Program-made: the position numbers and the translations under genes | Shown here: one piece after another, positions 11,879-23,576 of the stretch | How the letters are laid out: each line of letters starts with the position of its first letter | Numbering within the stretch: the first letter of the stretch is position 1 | The notes under the pieces: model-generated | What the model saw: only the letters and a program-made list of their open reading frames with translations | Told to the model about the DNA's origin: nothing | The model's database searches: none | DNA from: Malacoraja senta | Taxonomy: Eukaryota | Direction of reading: 5' to 3' | NCBI GenBank assembly: GCA_038087875.1 | Contig: CM075989.1 | Span: 1,116,001 to 1,180,000, forward strand | DNA: 64,000 nt

Positions 11879-13075
11879 CAGAGCTGGATTGACATATAAG
11901 CTTGAAAACCTAAAGCTTAGGGCCTCGAGGCCTAGGGGGCCTCGGCAGGGCCGGATTTACCTACAGGCCTCATAGGTTGAAACCTAGGGCCTCAAAATCT
12001 AGGGGGCCTCTGGCCAAGGTGTTTTTCCCCCAGAATAAAAAAAAATCTAGAGAAAAAAAAAATTGGAGCGCAATCAGCGTTTCCACTTTGACAGAAATTA
12101 CCCAGAATTCTGGTTCCGGCCGCTGGGAGTTTTGGGGGAAAATTGCGACCATTTGGGGTTGGACCAAATTGCGCAGTTGGGGGAGGCAAGTAGTGACGCA
12201 AAATGATGCTGTCTCTCCCCGCGTGCGCAGTGGGCCTGGGCGGGTTCAGATCTCCATTTGCACTCCACACAATCACCTCGATGCCTCGTGTGGACTCCAG
12301 GTAAGTAGTGGAATATTGCGTTGCGGGAGTGCCCGTTTCTCAGGGCCGGGGGGGGGGCTGCAGGGTCTGTGGCGCAGAGCCGGAGCCTTGCTGCGTGGGA
12401 GGGAGAGCGAGGAGGGAGGGAGAGAGAGGGGGGGATGTGAGAGGGGGAAAGGGGGGTTTGAGACAGAGGGGGGAGAGAGAGGGAGGGGAAGTGGAGAGAG
12501 AGAGAGGGGGGAAGGGGAGAGAGAGAGGGGAAGGGGGGATGGGGAGAGAGAGATGGGGAGGGAGAGAGAGGTGGAGGGAGAGAGAGGGGGAAGGAGGAGG
12601 GGGAGAGGGGAAGGGGGGATGGGGAGAGAGAGATGGGGAGGGAGAGAGAGGTGGAGGGAGAGAGAGGGGGAAGGAGGAGGGGGAGAGGGAAAGGGGGATT
12701 ATCTTTAGTGAGATGCACCAGAGAGCATCTAAACCCCAGAGCTTCCAGGACCCTTAAGCGGGCCCTGGACCCCAGCCACAAGGGTCTTTAAGCTTCGCGC
12801 TTGTGATATGCGCTGCATGCACTTATTTCACATAACATTTTTGTAATCCTGCCATGTCACCCCTCTTTTTGAAAATCTTTGATAACTTGACACTAGTAAT
12901 GGCAATAAATAAAAAGCTCAGCTTTCCAGCCCTTATCTCATTGGCCGCGCTTGGCTGCACATCGGTGTCAATCTGGTGGACTCTTCCATTTTCCTCTCGT
13001 CGTGGGGGTGGGGGATTGTGAGGGGCCTCACAAATGGAATAGCCGAGGGCCTCTCTTCATCTAAATCCGGCCCTG
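11879..13075. mobile_element. Non-autonomous hAT element with 8-bp TSD and doubled left end
   Basis: TIR cagggccggattta (11946) / taaatccggccctg (ends 13075); degenerate outer left end at 11879; TSD ctgcagca / ctgtagca. Confidence 0.85.
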
Positions 13076-14085
13076 CTGTAGCATCAAAAGTCTCATCAAC
13101 CACCAGAAATTGAGCACAAAATGCTTGTCTATCAGAAATGACGTGGTCTCCTGAGTTTGTAAAGGGTAGTTTTCACTCACAATTGATTCAAAAGGAGACC
13201 ATTCAGCCCATCAAATCTATCCTGTATCTCTGTGGATCAGAATCCATGCCATCACATTTACCGATGGCTCTGTATTTCAAGTGCTCATTCCATTTCCTCT
13301 AGAAATCCTTGATCATCGTTTTTTTGGTGCTCTCGTTGTTCCGGGTCAATGCCAGTCACGATGTGCAAAAAAGAACAAAACTCCTTGAATCTATGTTCCT
13401 CAATCAATGTTGCATCAGCTAATGGGAACAGATTGACCTTATCTACCTTATCTTATGTGTCATAACCTTTGTCAAATCTCATCTCAGCCTTTGCTTCAAA
13501 GATGAGCTGGCATGAAATGGGATGATTTGAAAATACAACAAAGGTTAGCCCTTGTGGACACTTTACCAAATCCATGGTACACTGATGGAGGATCTGAAAT
13601 AGGAGAGGTGGAGTTGAGACCATACCCATGGCAGACACATCAATGTTTTCATGTAGCATCTTTTATGATCTCAGGGCAATGCAGTACTTCCTTGTATGTG
13701 AATACTTGGCCAATAAACTTACTTACTCATATCCATACTTACACTTGGAATGGTTTCAGGACCTTTCGAACTTTCATCCCTCATTGATTTGTGAGGATTG
13801 AGCTCTGCATTTGACACCATTTGAAATAGTCTGATTTGGCTAATGATGAACTTGATTGATGTACTGGATGTTGTGTTAGTTGGGTGAGTTTTATTCATTC
13901 ATCAACAGAACCTCCAAAAGGCAAGGGTCAAGAGACAAGCATCAAGTGTCCAGACGCACGGACGAAGAGGAAAGAGACAGGGTGTTCTGAGCTGGAGAGA
14001 GGTTGAGCAGGCTAGGAATACATTCCTTGGAATGCAGGAAGCTGATGGATGACCTTATAAAGGAGTATAAAGTCAGGATAAAGGA

Positions 14086-17000
14086 AACTAGAAACATAGA
14101 AAATAGGTGCAGGAGGAGGCCATTCGGCCCTTCGAGCTAGCACTGCCATTCATTGTGATCATGGCTGATCATCCCCAATCAATAACCCGTGCCTGCCTTC
14201 TCCCCATATCCCTTGATTCCACCAGCCCCTAGAGCTCTATCTAACTCTCTCTTAAATCCATCCAGTGATTTGGCCTCCACTGGCCTCTGTGGCAGGGAAT
14301 TCCACGAATTCACAACTCTATGGGTGAAAACGTTTTTTCTCACCTCAGTCTTAAATGGCCGCCCCTTTATTCTAAGACTGTGGCCCCTGGTTCTGGACTC
14401 GCCCAACATTGGGAACATTTTTCCTGCATCTAGCTTGTCCAGTCCTTTTATAATTTTATATGTTTCTATAAGATCCCCCTCATCCTTCTAAACTGCAGTG
14501 AATACAAGCCTAGTCTTTTCAATCTTTCCTCATATGACAGTCCCACGATCCCAGGGATCAATCTCGTGATCCTACACTGCACTGCCTCAATCACAAGGAT
14601 GTCCTTCCTCAAATTAGGAGACCAAAACTGTACGCAATACTCCAGATGTGGTCTTACCAGAGCCCTATACAACTGCAGAAGAATCTCTCTACTCCTATAC
14701 TGAAATCCTCTGCTTTCAGTGACAAGGACAAGTACAAGGACACCCAGGTCTCGCTGCACCTCTCCCTTAACTAACCTAACCCCATTGAGATAATAATCTC
14801 CCCACTTGTTTTTGTGACCAAAGGGGATAACCTCACATTTATCTATATCATACTGCATCTAAGATAGTAAGACCTGAGTGATCTCCTGGACAAGTGTCGA
14901 TCGCCTGGATTGGGGTCGGAGAGGAATTTCCCAGATTTTTTTCCCGAATTGGACCTGGGTTTTTATCCGGTTTTTTGCCTCCCCAGGAGATCACGCGGTT
15001 CTTGGGGTGGAGAGGGGTGATAGCGATATAAAGGGGAGGGTAGTGTCTTGTGTTCTGTGTCTTGTGTCTACTGTTTGTGGGTAAGGGTGTCTGTTTAGTG
15101 TTCAGCCATGAGCGAATGGCGGTGCGGGCTCGATGGGCCTGGTGGTCTACTCTCGCACCTACTTTCTATGTTTCTATGTTTCTATCTGCCACGCATCTGC
15201 CCACTCACTCAACCTGTCCAGGTCACCCTGCAACCTCCAAACATCCTCTTCACAGTTCACACTGCCACCCAGCTTTGTGTCATCCGCAAACTGGCTAGTG
15301 TTGCTCCTAATTCCCTCTTCCAAATCATTATTATATATGGTAAACAGTTGCGGCCCCAACACCGAGCCTTGCGGCACTCCACTCGCCACTGCCTGCCATT
15401 CTGAAAAGGACCCGTTCACTCCTACACTTTGCTTCCTGTCTGCCAACTAATTTTCTATCCATGTCAACACCCTACCCCCAATACCATGCGCTCTAATTTT
15501 AGTCACCAGTCTCCCGTGCGGGACCTTATCAAAGGCTTTTTGAAAGTCTAGATACACTACATCTACTGGCTCCCCTTCATCCATTTTACTTGTCACATCC
15601 TCAAAAAGCATGAGCATGATTTTCCTTTCATAAATCCATGTTGACTTGGACCAATCCTTTTACTGCTATCCACATGCCCCATTATTACATCTTTAATAAT
15701 TGACTCCAGCATCTTTCCCACCACTGAAGTCAGGCTAACTCGTCTGTAATTCCCCGTTTTCTCTCTCGCTCCTTTCTTGAAAAGTGGGATAACATTAGCT
15801 ATCCACAGGAACTGATCCTGAATCTATTGAACATTGGAAAATGATCACCAATGCATCCACTATTTCTAGAGCCACCTCCCTGAGAACCCTGGGATGCAGA
15901 CCATCAGGCCCAGGGGATTTATCATCCTTCACTACCATTAGCCGACCCAATACTATTTCTCACCTAATGAAAATTTCTTTCAGTTCCTCGACCCCCTTAG
16001 ATCCTCTGTCATCCAGTACATCTGGGAGATTGTTTGTGTCTTCATTAGTGAAGACAGATCCGAAGTATATGTTCAATTCTTCTGCCATTTCCTTGTTCCC
16101 CATAATAATTTCACCCGTGTCTGCCTTCAAGGGACCCACATTTGACTTTGCTACTCTTTTTCCCTTAACATATCTAATGAAGCTTTTACTGCCCTTCTTT
16201 ATATTCCTGGCCAGCTTCCGTTCGTACTTCATCTTTTCAGCCCGCATTTCCCGTTTTGTTTCCTTCTGTTGTCCAATGAAAGTTTCCCAATCCTCTGGCT
16301 TCGGCTACTCTTTGCTGTGCTATACATCTTTTCTTTTAGTTTTATTCTATCCCTAACTTCTCTTGTCAGCCACGGTTGGCTCCTACTCCCCTTAGAATCT
16401 TTCTTCATTTTTGGAATGAAATGATCCTGCGTCTTCTGGATTATGCCCAGAAATTCCTGCCATTGCTGTTCCACCGTCATTCCTGCTTGTATCCCTTTCC
16501 AGTCTACCTTGGCCAGCTCCTCTCTCATGCCTTCATAATCCCCTTTGTTCAACTGCATCACTGCCACTTCCGATTTAATCTTCTCCTTCTCAAATTGCAG
16601 ATTAAAACTAATCATATTATGATCACTACCTTCAAGCAGTTCCTTTACCTCGAGTTCTCTTATAAAATTTGGTTCATTGGACAACACTAAATCCAGAAAT
16701 GCCTTTTCTCAGGTCGGCTCCATTACAAGCTGCTCTAAGAATCCATCTCCGAGGCACTCTACAAACTCTCTTTCTTAGGGTCCTGAACCAACCTGATTTT
16801 CCCAATCTACCTGCATATTGAAATCCCCCATCACCACAGTGGCATTACATTTGTTACATGCCAGTTTTAACTCCTGCTGCAACTTACACCCTACATCTGG
16901 TCTACTATTTGGGGGTCTGTGGATAACACCAATTAGTGTCTTCTTGCCTTTGCAATTCCTCAACTCAATCCACAGTGACTCTACCAAATCAGTCCCTATG

Positions 17001-17690
17001 TCTTCCCTCGCAAGGGACCTATTTCCATTCCTCACCAGAAGAGCTACCCCCCTCCTCTGCCCACCTGCCTGTCCTTTCTATAGGATGTTTAACCCTGAAT
17101 ATTAAGTTCCCAGACCCGATCCTCCTGCAGCCACGTCTCGGTAATCCCCACAATGTCATATCTACCAACCTCTATCTGAGCCTCAAGCTCATCTACTTTA
17201 CTTCTAATACTTTGCGCATTCAAATACAGTACTTTTAATTCCTTGCGCATCTCACCATTCACATTGATCCCCACTACACTTGGTCATACTCTCCTATCCC
17301 TTTGTGAGCTTTCTTTCCCATTAATTCTGGGGTCATTAAATATCCCTTTGTTCCCTTTCCCTTTAACTCTGTCATTGACTATCCCATTTGACCCCCCCCC
17401 CCTTATTTAGTTTTAAACCACCTGTGTCATAGTGGCAAACCTGCCTGCCAGAATGCTGGTCCCCCACCTGTTAAGGTGCAATCCGTCCCATTTTGTTCAG
17501 TTCCCCCTTACTCCAAAACAGATCCCAGTGATCTAAGAATCTAAATCCCTGCTCCCTGCACCAGTTCACCAGCCACACATTCAGGTCCTGTATCTCCCTG
17601 TTCCTGCTCTCGCCAGCACGAGGAACTGGAAGCAAACCGGAGATAACCACCCTGGAGGTCCTGCTTTTCAGCACTTTTCCGAGAATCTGA
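14086..17690 (-). mobile_element. CR1 LINE: end of ORF1 (SGNH esterase-like) plus full-span disrupted ORF2 and tail
   Basis: VVISGLLPVPRA..WCREQGFRFLDHW (ORF1), LYLNAQSIRSKVDEL..GITETWL (EN), GVPQGSVLGP, FADDTKL; (TTCTATGT)-type tail. Confidence 0.95.
14861..15182 (+). mobile_element. 5'-truncated retroposon with CR1-type tail and structured 3' region, inserted antisense into the CR1
   Basis: Interrupts tactgcatct|gccacgcatc; atct on both sides; ends in (ttctatgt)n; contains a gggtcggagaggaatttccc motif. Confidence 0.7.
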
Positions 17691-18325
17691 GGAATGCTTA
17701 CCCAGCGTAGATAAATCAAGATCTAGAAGATATATGTTTTAGTAAAGAGAGGCAAGTTTTTATAGGAACCTGAAGGAACGAACTGCCAGAGGAAGTCATT
17801 GAAGCAGGTACAATAACAACAGTTAAAGTGCCCTTAGACAGGTAGATGGACAGAACAGTTTTAGAGGGATATAGGGCAAATGGGACCAACTTTGAAGGGG
17901 GCATCTTGGTTGCATGGACAAGTTGGGCCGAAGCCAATGAAAAAAAAAATCTTACTTGCTGCAGCGGGTCTATTTAACAAGTCCATTAACACAACAACAT
18001 GCAAATAAATACACCATAACCAATAATATGATACATGAATAATTAGTTATAAGTAACCATAATAGTGTAAAACAAAGTATGTAGAGTCAGAGTCATTGAG
18101 TGATACAGCATGGAAACGGGCCCTTTGCCCCAGCTTGCCCACACCGGCCAACATGTTCCAGCTACACTAGTCCCATCTGCCTACATTTGTCTCATATCCC
18201 TCCAAACCTGTCCTATCCATGTACCTGTCTAACTGTTTCTTAAATGTTGCAATAGTTGCTGCCTCAACTATCTCCTCTGGCAGCTGGATCCATATACCCA
18301 CCACCCTTTGTGTGAACAAGTTACC

Positions 18326-18525
18326 NNNNNNNNNNNNNNNNNNNNNNNNNNNNNNNNNNNNNNNNNNNNNNNNNNNNNNNNNNNNNNNNNNNNNNNNNNN
18401 NNNNNNNNNNNNNNNNNNNNNNNNNNNNNNNNNNNNNNNNNNNNNNNNNNNNNNNNNNNNNNNNNNNNNNNNNNNNNNNNNNNNNNNNNNNNNNNNNNNN
18501 NNNNNNNNNNNNNNNNNNNNNNNNN
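18326..18525. other. Assembly gap (200 N)
   Basis: Run of N. Confidence 1.
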
Positions 18526-19154
18526 CAATCGTCTGCACTCGTTGTGCTGATACTAGTGTCATGACTAAGGAAGTAGCTGGTCCCTGGTGAAGTATTGTTA
18601 ACACAATGTCAATATCCCATACTGCCTCTACTTGTACTGGGAGAACTTGTGTTAAAGATATCGTTTACAAACTCGATATCCAGGGTTGAAACCCAACAGA
18701 GTGGGTCCTGTGTGTTGCAGCTAATATGATGGGAAGGCACGTTTGGCACAGTTAATGGCCCTAAACTCAATTATTGTCAGAAGACCACTTAAGAATGAAC
18801 TGGAAGACGTCAGTAATCTGTACCGTATTAAATGTAACATTAACATTAAACAAAACCGCTTCCCACCTGAATAGGGAATATACTGTTTTTTTGGTGCTAT
18901 CGCTGCACCCTGCAGTGAGCACATACATGGATTGATGTGACAACCTGAGCTGTAGGGCAGTCTATTCAGAATCTGCAAGTCAATAAATTGATTTTATCAT
19001 GCAGAGGCTGGTTTCCTGAACCACAGTTTGAACCAGCAACGTTTTTTAGAATAACCGTATATGTTTGTATTATTATGCCTGACAGAAGTGGGAATCATGG
19101 CTGCATAGCCAGTCAGACAGTACGAAAACTAAAGCGAAAATTTTGCTGGCTTTA
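18526..19154 (-). repeat. Near-identical duplicate of DIRS B interior 24556-25181, next to the N gap
   Basis: About four differences in ~630 nt, three of them single-base insertions. Confidence 0.92.
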
Positions 19155-20218
19155 GGAGGAGGAGGTGTCCGAGAGGTGACCGAGAGTTGGCACGTGGCCT
19201 CAACTTTGTAGAGATCGACGCGCCAGACTACCACGGCACCTCCCTTGTCGGCGGGTTTGATAACCCAATCTAGGTTGTTGCGGAGTGAGTCGATGGCAGT
19301 GCGTTCAAGGGGGGAGAGATTGGATTGAGACAGGGGAGTGGTGAAGTTGAGGCAGTTGATGTCACGGCGGCAGTTTTTGATGAAGAGTTCTAAAGCCGGA
19401 AGGCTACGAGGGGGGGTTCCACGAAGAGGGGGTGCGTTGGAGACGGGAAAAGGGGTCATTAGTCGGGGGCGAGGACTCCTTCCCATGGAAGTGAGCTGTG
19501 AGGCGGTGGCGACGGTAGAAGCGTTCCAAGTCATGGAGGGCGCGGAACTCATTGAGGTGGGGACGGAGGGGGACAAAGGTAAGACCTCTGCTGAGGACAG
19601 ACCATTCGATGTCGTAGAGGGGGAGGTCGGGGGGGATGGTGAACACCCGGCAGGGATGGGGGTTGGGTCCGGAGGAAGGCAGGTGGGTGGAATGGGGACG
19701 AGGCGATGTGTGGTGGGGGGGTGGTCAGTGGTGGGGGGGTGGTGGGTGGTCAGGGGGTGGGGGGGGTGAGAGGGCTGTAGTGTGGGTGTGGAAGAGAAGG
19801 GGTCCCATAGTTGGAGAAGGATGGGGAAGTATCAGTGGAACTAACACTGAGATAACCAGGGCTAGGCAGACTAGCGCTAGGACTCAGTGGAGTCAAACCC
19901 AGGAGAGTGGGAGTGAGCAGCGTGGAGGCTTCAGGCCCAGTACAGAGACCAGTCTGCAGGCGAGGCGACGGCTGCGGGCTGCTGGAGGGCGGTGCAGTGG
20001 CGAGGGTCGGCGGACCCGACGGTAGGAGTCCTCGGGCAGTGGAGTCGGGGTCGGCGGGGCTAGAGGGCGGTGTGGTGGCGTGGGCCGGCGGACCCAATAG
20101 TGGGAGTCCGCGGGCCGTAGAGTCGGGGTTGGCCGGGCGTAGCAGTGGCGAGGGTCAGAGGACCCGATGGTCGGAGTCCTCGGGCAATGGAGTAGGGGTC
20201 GGCGCGGCTGGAGGGATC
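19155..20218 (-). mobile_element. Penelope-like element, N-terminal part of the ORF, 3'-truncated
   Basis: SVLSRGLTFVP, SNLSPLERTAIDSLRNN and VIKPADKGGAVVVW motifs; ~70-bp GC-rich tandem units at 19960-20215. Confidence 0.88.
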
Positions 20219-20734
20219 TTAGATATAAGATGTTCTGTCACTCATCTTAAAGGAAGCTATTCATTTAAAATTTAAAAGCAAACCCTCTGTTTTCACCATT
20301 TCCCAAATATGCATTTTGTTTTCAATAAATAAATGTCAGTGTCAGGTTGTGATTGCTGGTGGGTAGTTCTAGACTGCATTGCAATCATGTAGTAGGGAGT
20401 GCGTTGCTGGCAAGAGACTTGAACCTCGGTAAGGAAGGTCAGATGGAGAATTGCTTGGACAGTTTGTAAATCTGCTGCTTAGCATTGCAACTCCATTCTG
20501 TTCCTGTGTGTAAGATGAGTAGGTTACACCAGAAACTCTACACTGGAGGATGAAGTTCCTTGGGGTATAGGGATTTAGGAATTGTCTTTTCAGTCCCATG
20601 CTTTATTAAGAGATGCTACTTACAGATGTCAGCTTTCAGATATTTTAACACAAATTTAGCCCATCAAGTCTATGCCAGCTTTTGGAATCATGCCATTAAT
20701 CCCATTCTCCGGACTATTTCTCTCTGACCCACGG

Positions 20735-21015
20735 CGGCACGGTGCCACAGAAGGTAGAGTAGCAGCCTTAGGTCCAATGCTAACTATGTGTGCTGTCTGT
20801 ATGGAGTTTGTGACCATCTGGGTTTTCTCCGTGTGCTCCGGTTTCCTTCCACACTCCAAAGACGTAGAGGTATGTAGGTTAATAAGTTGTAAAATCATCC
20901 CTAGTATGTGTCGGTTAGTGTAAGGGGTACAGGAACAGGATGATCACTAGTCGGCATGGGCTTGGTAGGCCGAAGGGCCTGTTTCGGCTCTGTAACTCTG
21001 AAGTTTAAAGTAAAG
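20735..21015 (+). mobile_element. HE1-type V-SINE
   Basis: Same head, V-domain and tail. Confidence 0.82.
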
Positions 21016-21214
21016 TTGTTCTCTCTCACATGCTCATCACCTCCCTCCTGAATCTCCCGCCATGCATCACCACACTAGGGGCAATACAAATATAAGTAAC
21101 CAACCAATCTCCAAGTCTTTGGGATGTGGGAGAGAAGGGGAGCACCTGATGGAAACGCTCATGGCCACAGGGGGAACGTGCAAACACTACACTGACAGCA
21201 CTGGCAGTCAGGAA

Positions 21215-21585
21215 TGTTAAGGGTCTGGACATGCTAGAGGCAGGAAACATGTTCCCGATGTTGGGGAATCCAGAAACCAGGGGCCACAGTTTAAGAATAA
21301 GGTGTAAGCCATTTAGAACGGAGACGAGGAAACACTTTTCTCACAGAGAGTGGTGAGTCTGTGGAATTCTCTGCCTCAGAGGGCGGTGGAGGCAGGTTCT
21401 CTGGATACTTGCAAGAGAGAGCTAGATAGGGCTCTTAAAAATAGCGGAGTCAGGGGATATGGGGAGAAGGCAGGAACGGGGTACTGATTGGGGATGATCA
21501 GCCATGATCACATTGAATGGCGGTGCTGGCTCGAAGGCCGAATGGCCTACTCCTGCACCTATTGTCTATTGTCTATTGTCTATTG
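21215..21585 (+). mobile_element. CR1 3' fragment with (CTATTGT)n tail
   Basis: Homologous to the 3' end of the CR1 at 3780-11352. Confidence 0.9.
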
Positions 21586-22544
21586 AATGTGGCAGCAACA
21601 GTAACTGCTGCATCAGTGTGGTTTCCTATTAAACTCTGAGACTATGAACCGTAGGGCTTCAATGTTAATGTAAAAGGTGGTTCCATGTTACATCTTGATG
21701 TTCTGTTATCCAGAGCTAAATCGCCAAGCAAAGCTATTGATGGTTATCTAGTAACTTAGTTAGGTAGGATCTGCCTCCAAACAGTGCTTTATCTCTCAAT
21801 ATAAAACACAGCCATCACTGATTGGGAAGTATTTTGAGATGCTTTGAGGTCAATTATAATACAGTATGAAATGCACATTTTCCTTTTGATCTTAAACCAG
21901 TCCCTTTTTCTTTTGGAGCACCGATCACACGAGATGGGAAACATTGCTAGTTAGTTAGTTTGTCAGTTAGTTAGTTTAGTTTATTGTCACATGTTCCATG
22001 GTACAGTGTAAAGCATTTGTAGCGTGCTAACCAGTCAGCGGAAAGAAAATACATGATTACAATCGATCCAATTACAGTGGATAGATACATGATAAGGGAA
22101 TAACTTTTTGTGCAAGGTAAACATAGAATCATAGGAAATGGGTGCAGAAGTAGGCCATTGGGCCCTTTGTGCCAGCACTGCCATTCTGCTTCTTCTTCTG
22201 CTTGCTACTGCACAACCGCCAACAGCTGGGCTAACTCGTGCAGGAGGAGGTTTACAAGAATGATTCAATATGATGATCCAAAATCAGTACCCCTTTCATG
22301 CTTTTCTCCCACATCCTTTGATTCCTTAAGCCCTGAGAGCTAAATCAAACTCTCTCTTGAAAACATCTTGAAAACAAAGCCAGCAAAGTCCAATCAAGGG
22401 TAGTCCGAGGGTCACCAAAAAGGTGGATAGAAGTTCAGAACTGCTCTCTAGTTGTGGTAGGATGATTCAGTTGCCTGATAACCGCTAGGAAGTCATTGAG
22501 TCAAAAAGAGGGGTGTTACGGTCTCTGATGGAACATTTTATTTC

Positions 22545-23490
22545 AAGCTAACATTTATTTCAAGAGGGCTAGAATACAAAAGCAGGGATGTAATGCTGAG
22601 GCTCTATAAGGCGCTGGTCAGACCACATTTGGAGTACTGTGAGCAATTCTGGGCACCAAATCTGAGGAAGGATGTGCTGGCTCTGGAAAGGATCCAGAGG
22701 AAGTTTACAAGAATGATCCCAGGAATGAGTGAGTTAACATATGATGAGCATTTGATGACACTGGGCCTGTACTCACTGAAGTTTAGGAGCATGTATGCTA
22801 GCTCATTTAAATGTGCCGAATAGTGAAAGGCTTGGATAGAGTGGATGTGGAAAGGATGTTTCCACTAGTGGGAGAGTCTAGGACTAGAGGTCATAGACTC
22901 ATAGACTCAGAATTAAAGGACGTTCATTTAGGAAGGAGATGAGGAGAAATTTCCTTAGTCAGAAGGTGCTGAATCTGTGGAATTCTTTGCCACAGAAGGC
23001 TGTGGAAGCCAAGTTAATGGACGATTTTAAGGCAGAGATTGATAGATTCTTGATTAGTACGGATGTCAGGGGTTGTGGGGAGAAGGCAGGAGAATAGGGT
23101 AATGGGGCAATCCCACTGTACGAGCTAATTCAAGAGTTCTCCCGAGATTCCCCTGATTCGAACTCGGAGAATAACGGTAATGGCCGCTCGTAGGTACTCT
23201 GGGCACTCGTGGACATTTTTCAACATGTTGAAAAATCTTCTTGAGTCTTCACGAGCTTACCGTGTTTCCTGAGTACCTGCCGTTAGCGTTACGAGCCGCT
23301 AAGAGACGTCCCCGAGCTCCGACGTACCCACAACGTACATTCTACGTGCTTACCACGAGTTTTTTTTTTAAACTCGGGAGAGCTCTTGAATTAGTTCGTA
23401 CAGTGGGACAGCCCCTATAGGAGGGAGAGGTAGATCAGCCATGATTGAGTGGCGGAGTAGACATTCTGCTTTCACTTATGACCTTATGAC
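22545..23490 (+). mobile_element. CR1 3' fragment (split by the Harbinger-like MITE)
   Basis: LYKALVRPHLEYCEQFWAPNLRKD motif and 3' UTR. Confidence 0.88.
23103..23416. mobile_element. PIF/Harbinger-like MITE inside a CR1 3' UTR
   Basis: ~40-bp TIRs ggggcaatcccactgtacgagctaattcaagag / ctcttgaattagttcgtacagtgggacagcccct; degenerate 3-bp TWA-like flanks. Confidence 0.75.
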
Positions 23491-23576
23491 CTAATTTATC
23501 CACTTACATATATGGACATGGCTGGCAATGGAAATATTTACTGTCCGTCTACAATTGCTCCTGAAAGGGCTGCAAG

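Noticed and set aside
11977..12781. Long ORFs of 149-243 aa on both strands
   Set aside because: Produced by stop-poor polypurine sequence inside the hAT element
18167..18604. ORFs containing X runs (also 61311-61598)
   Set aside because: Artefacts of reading through N gaps
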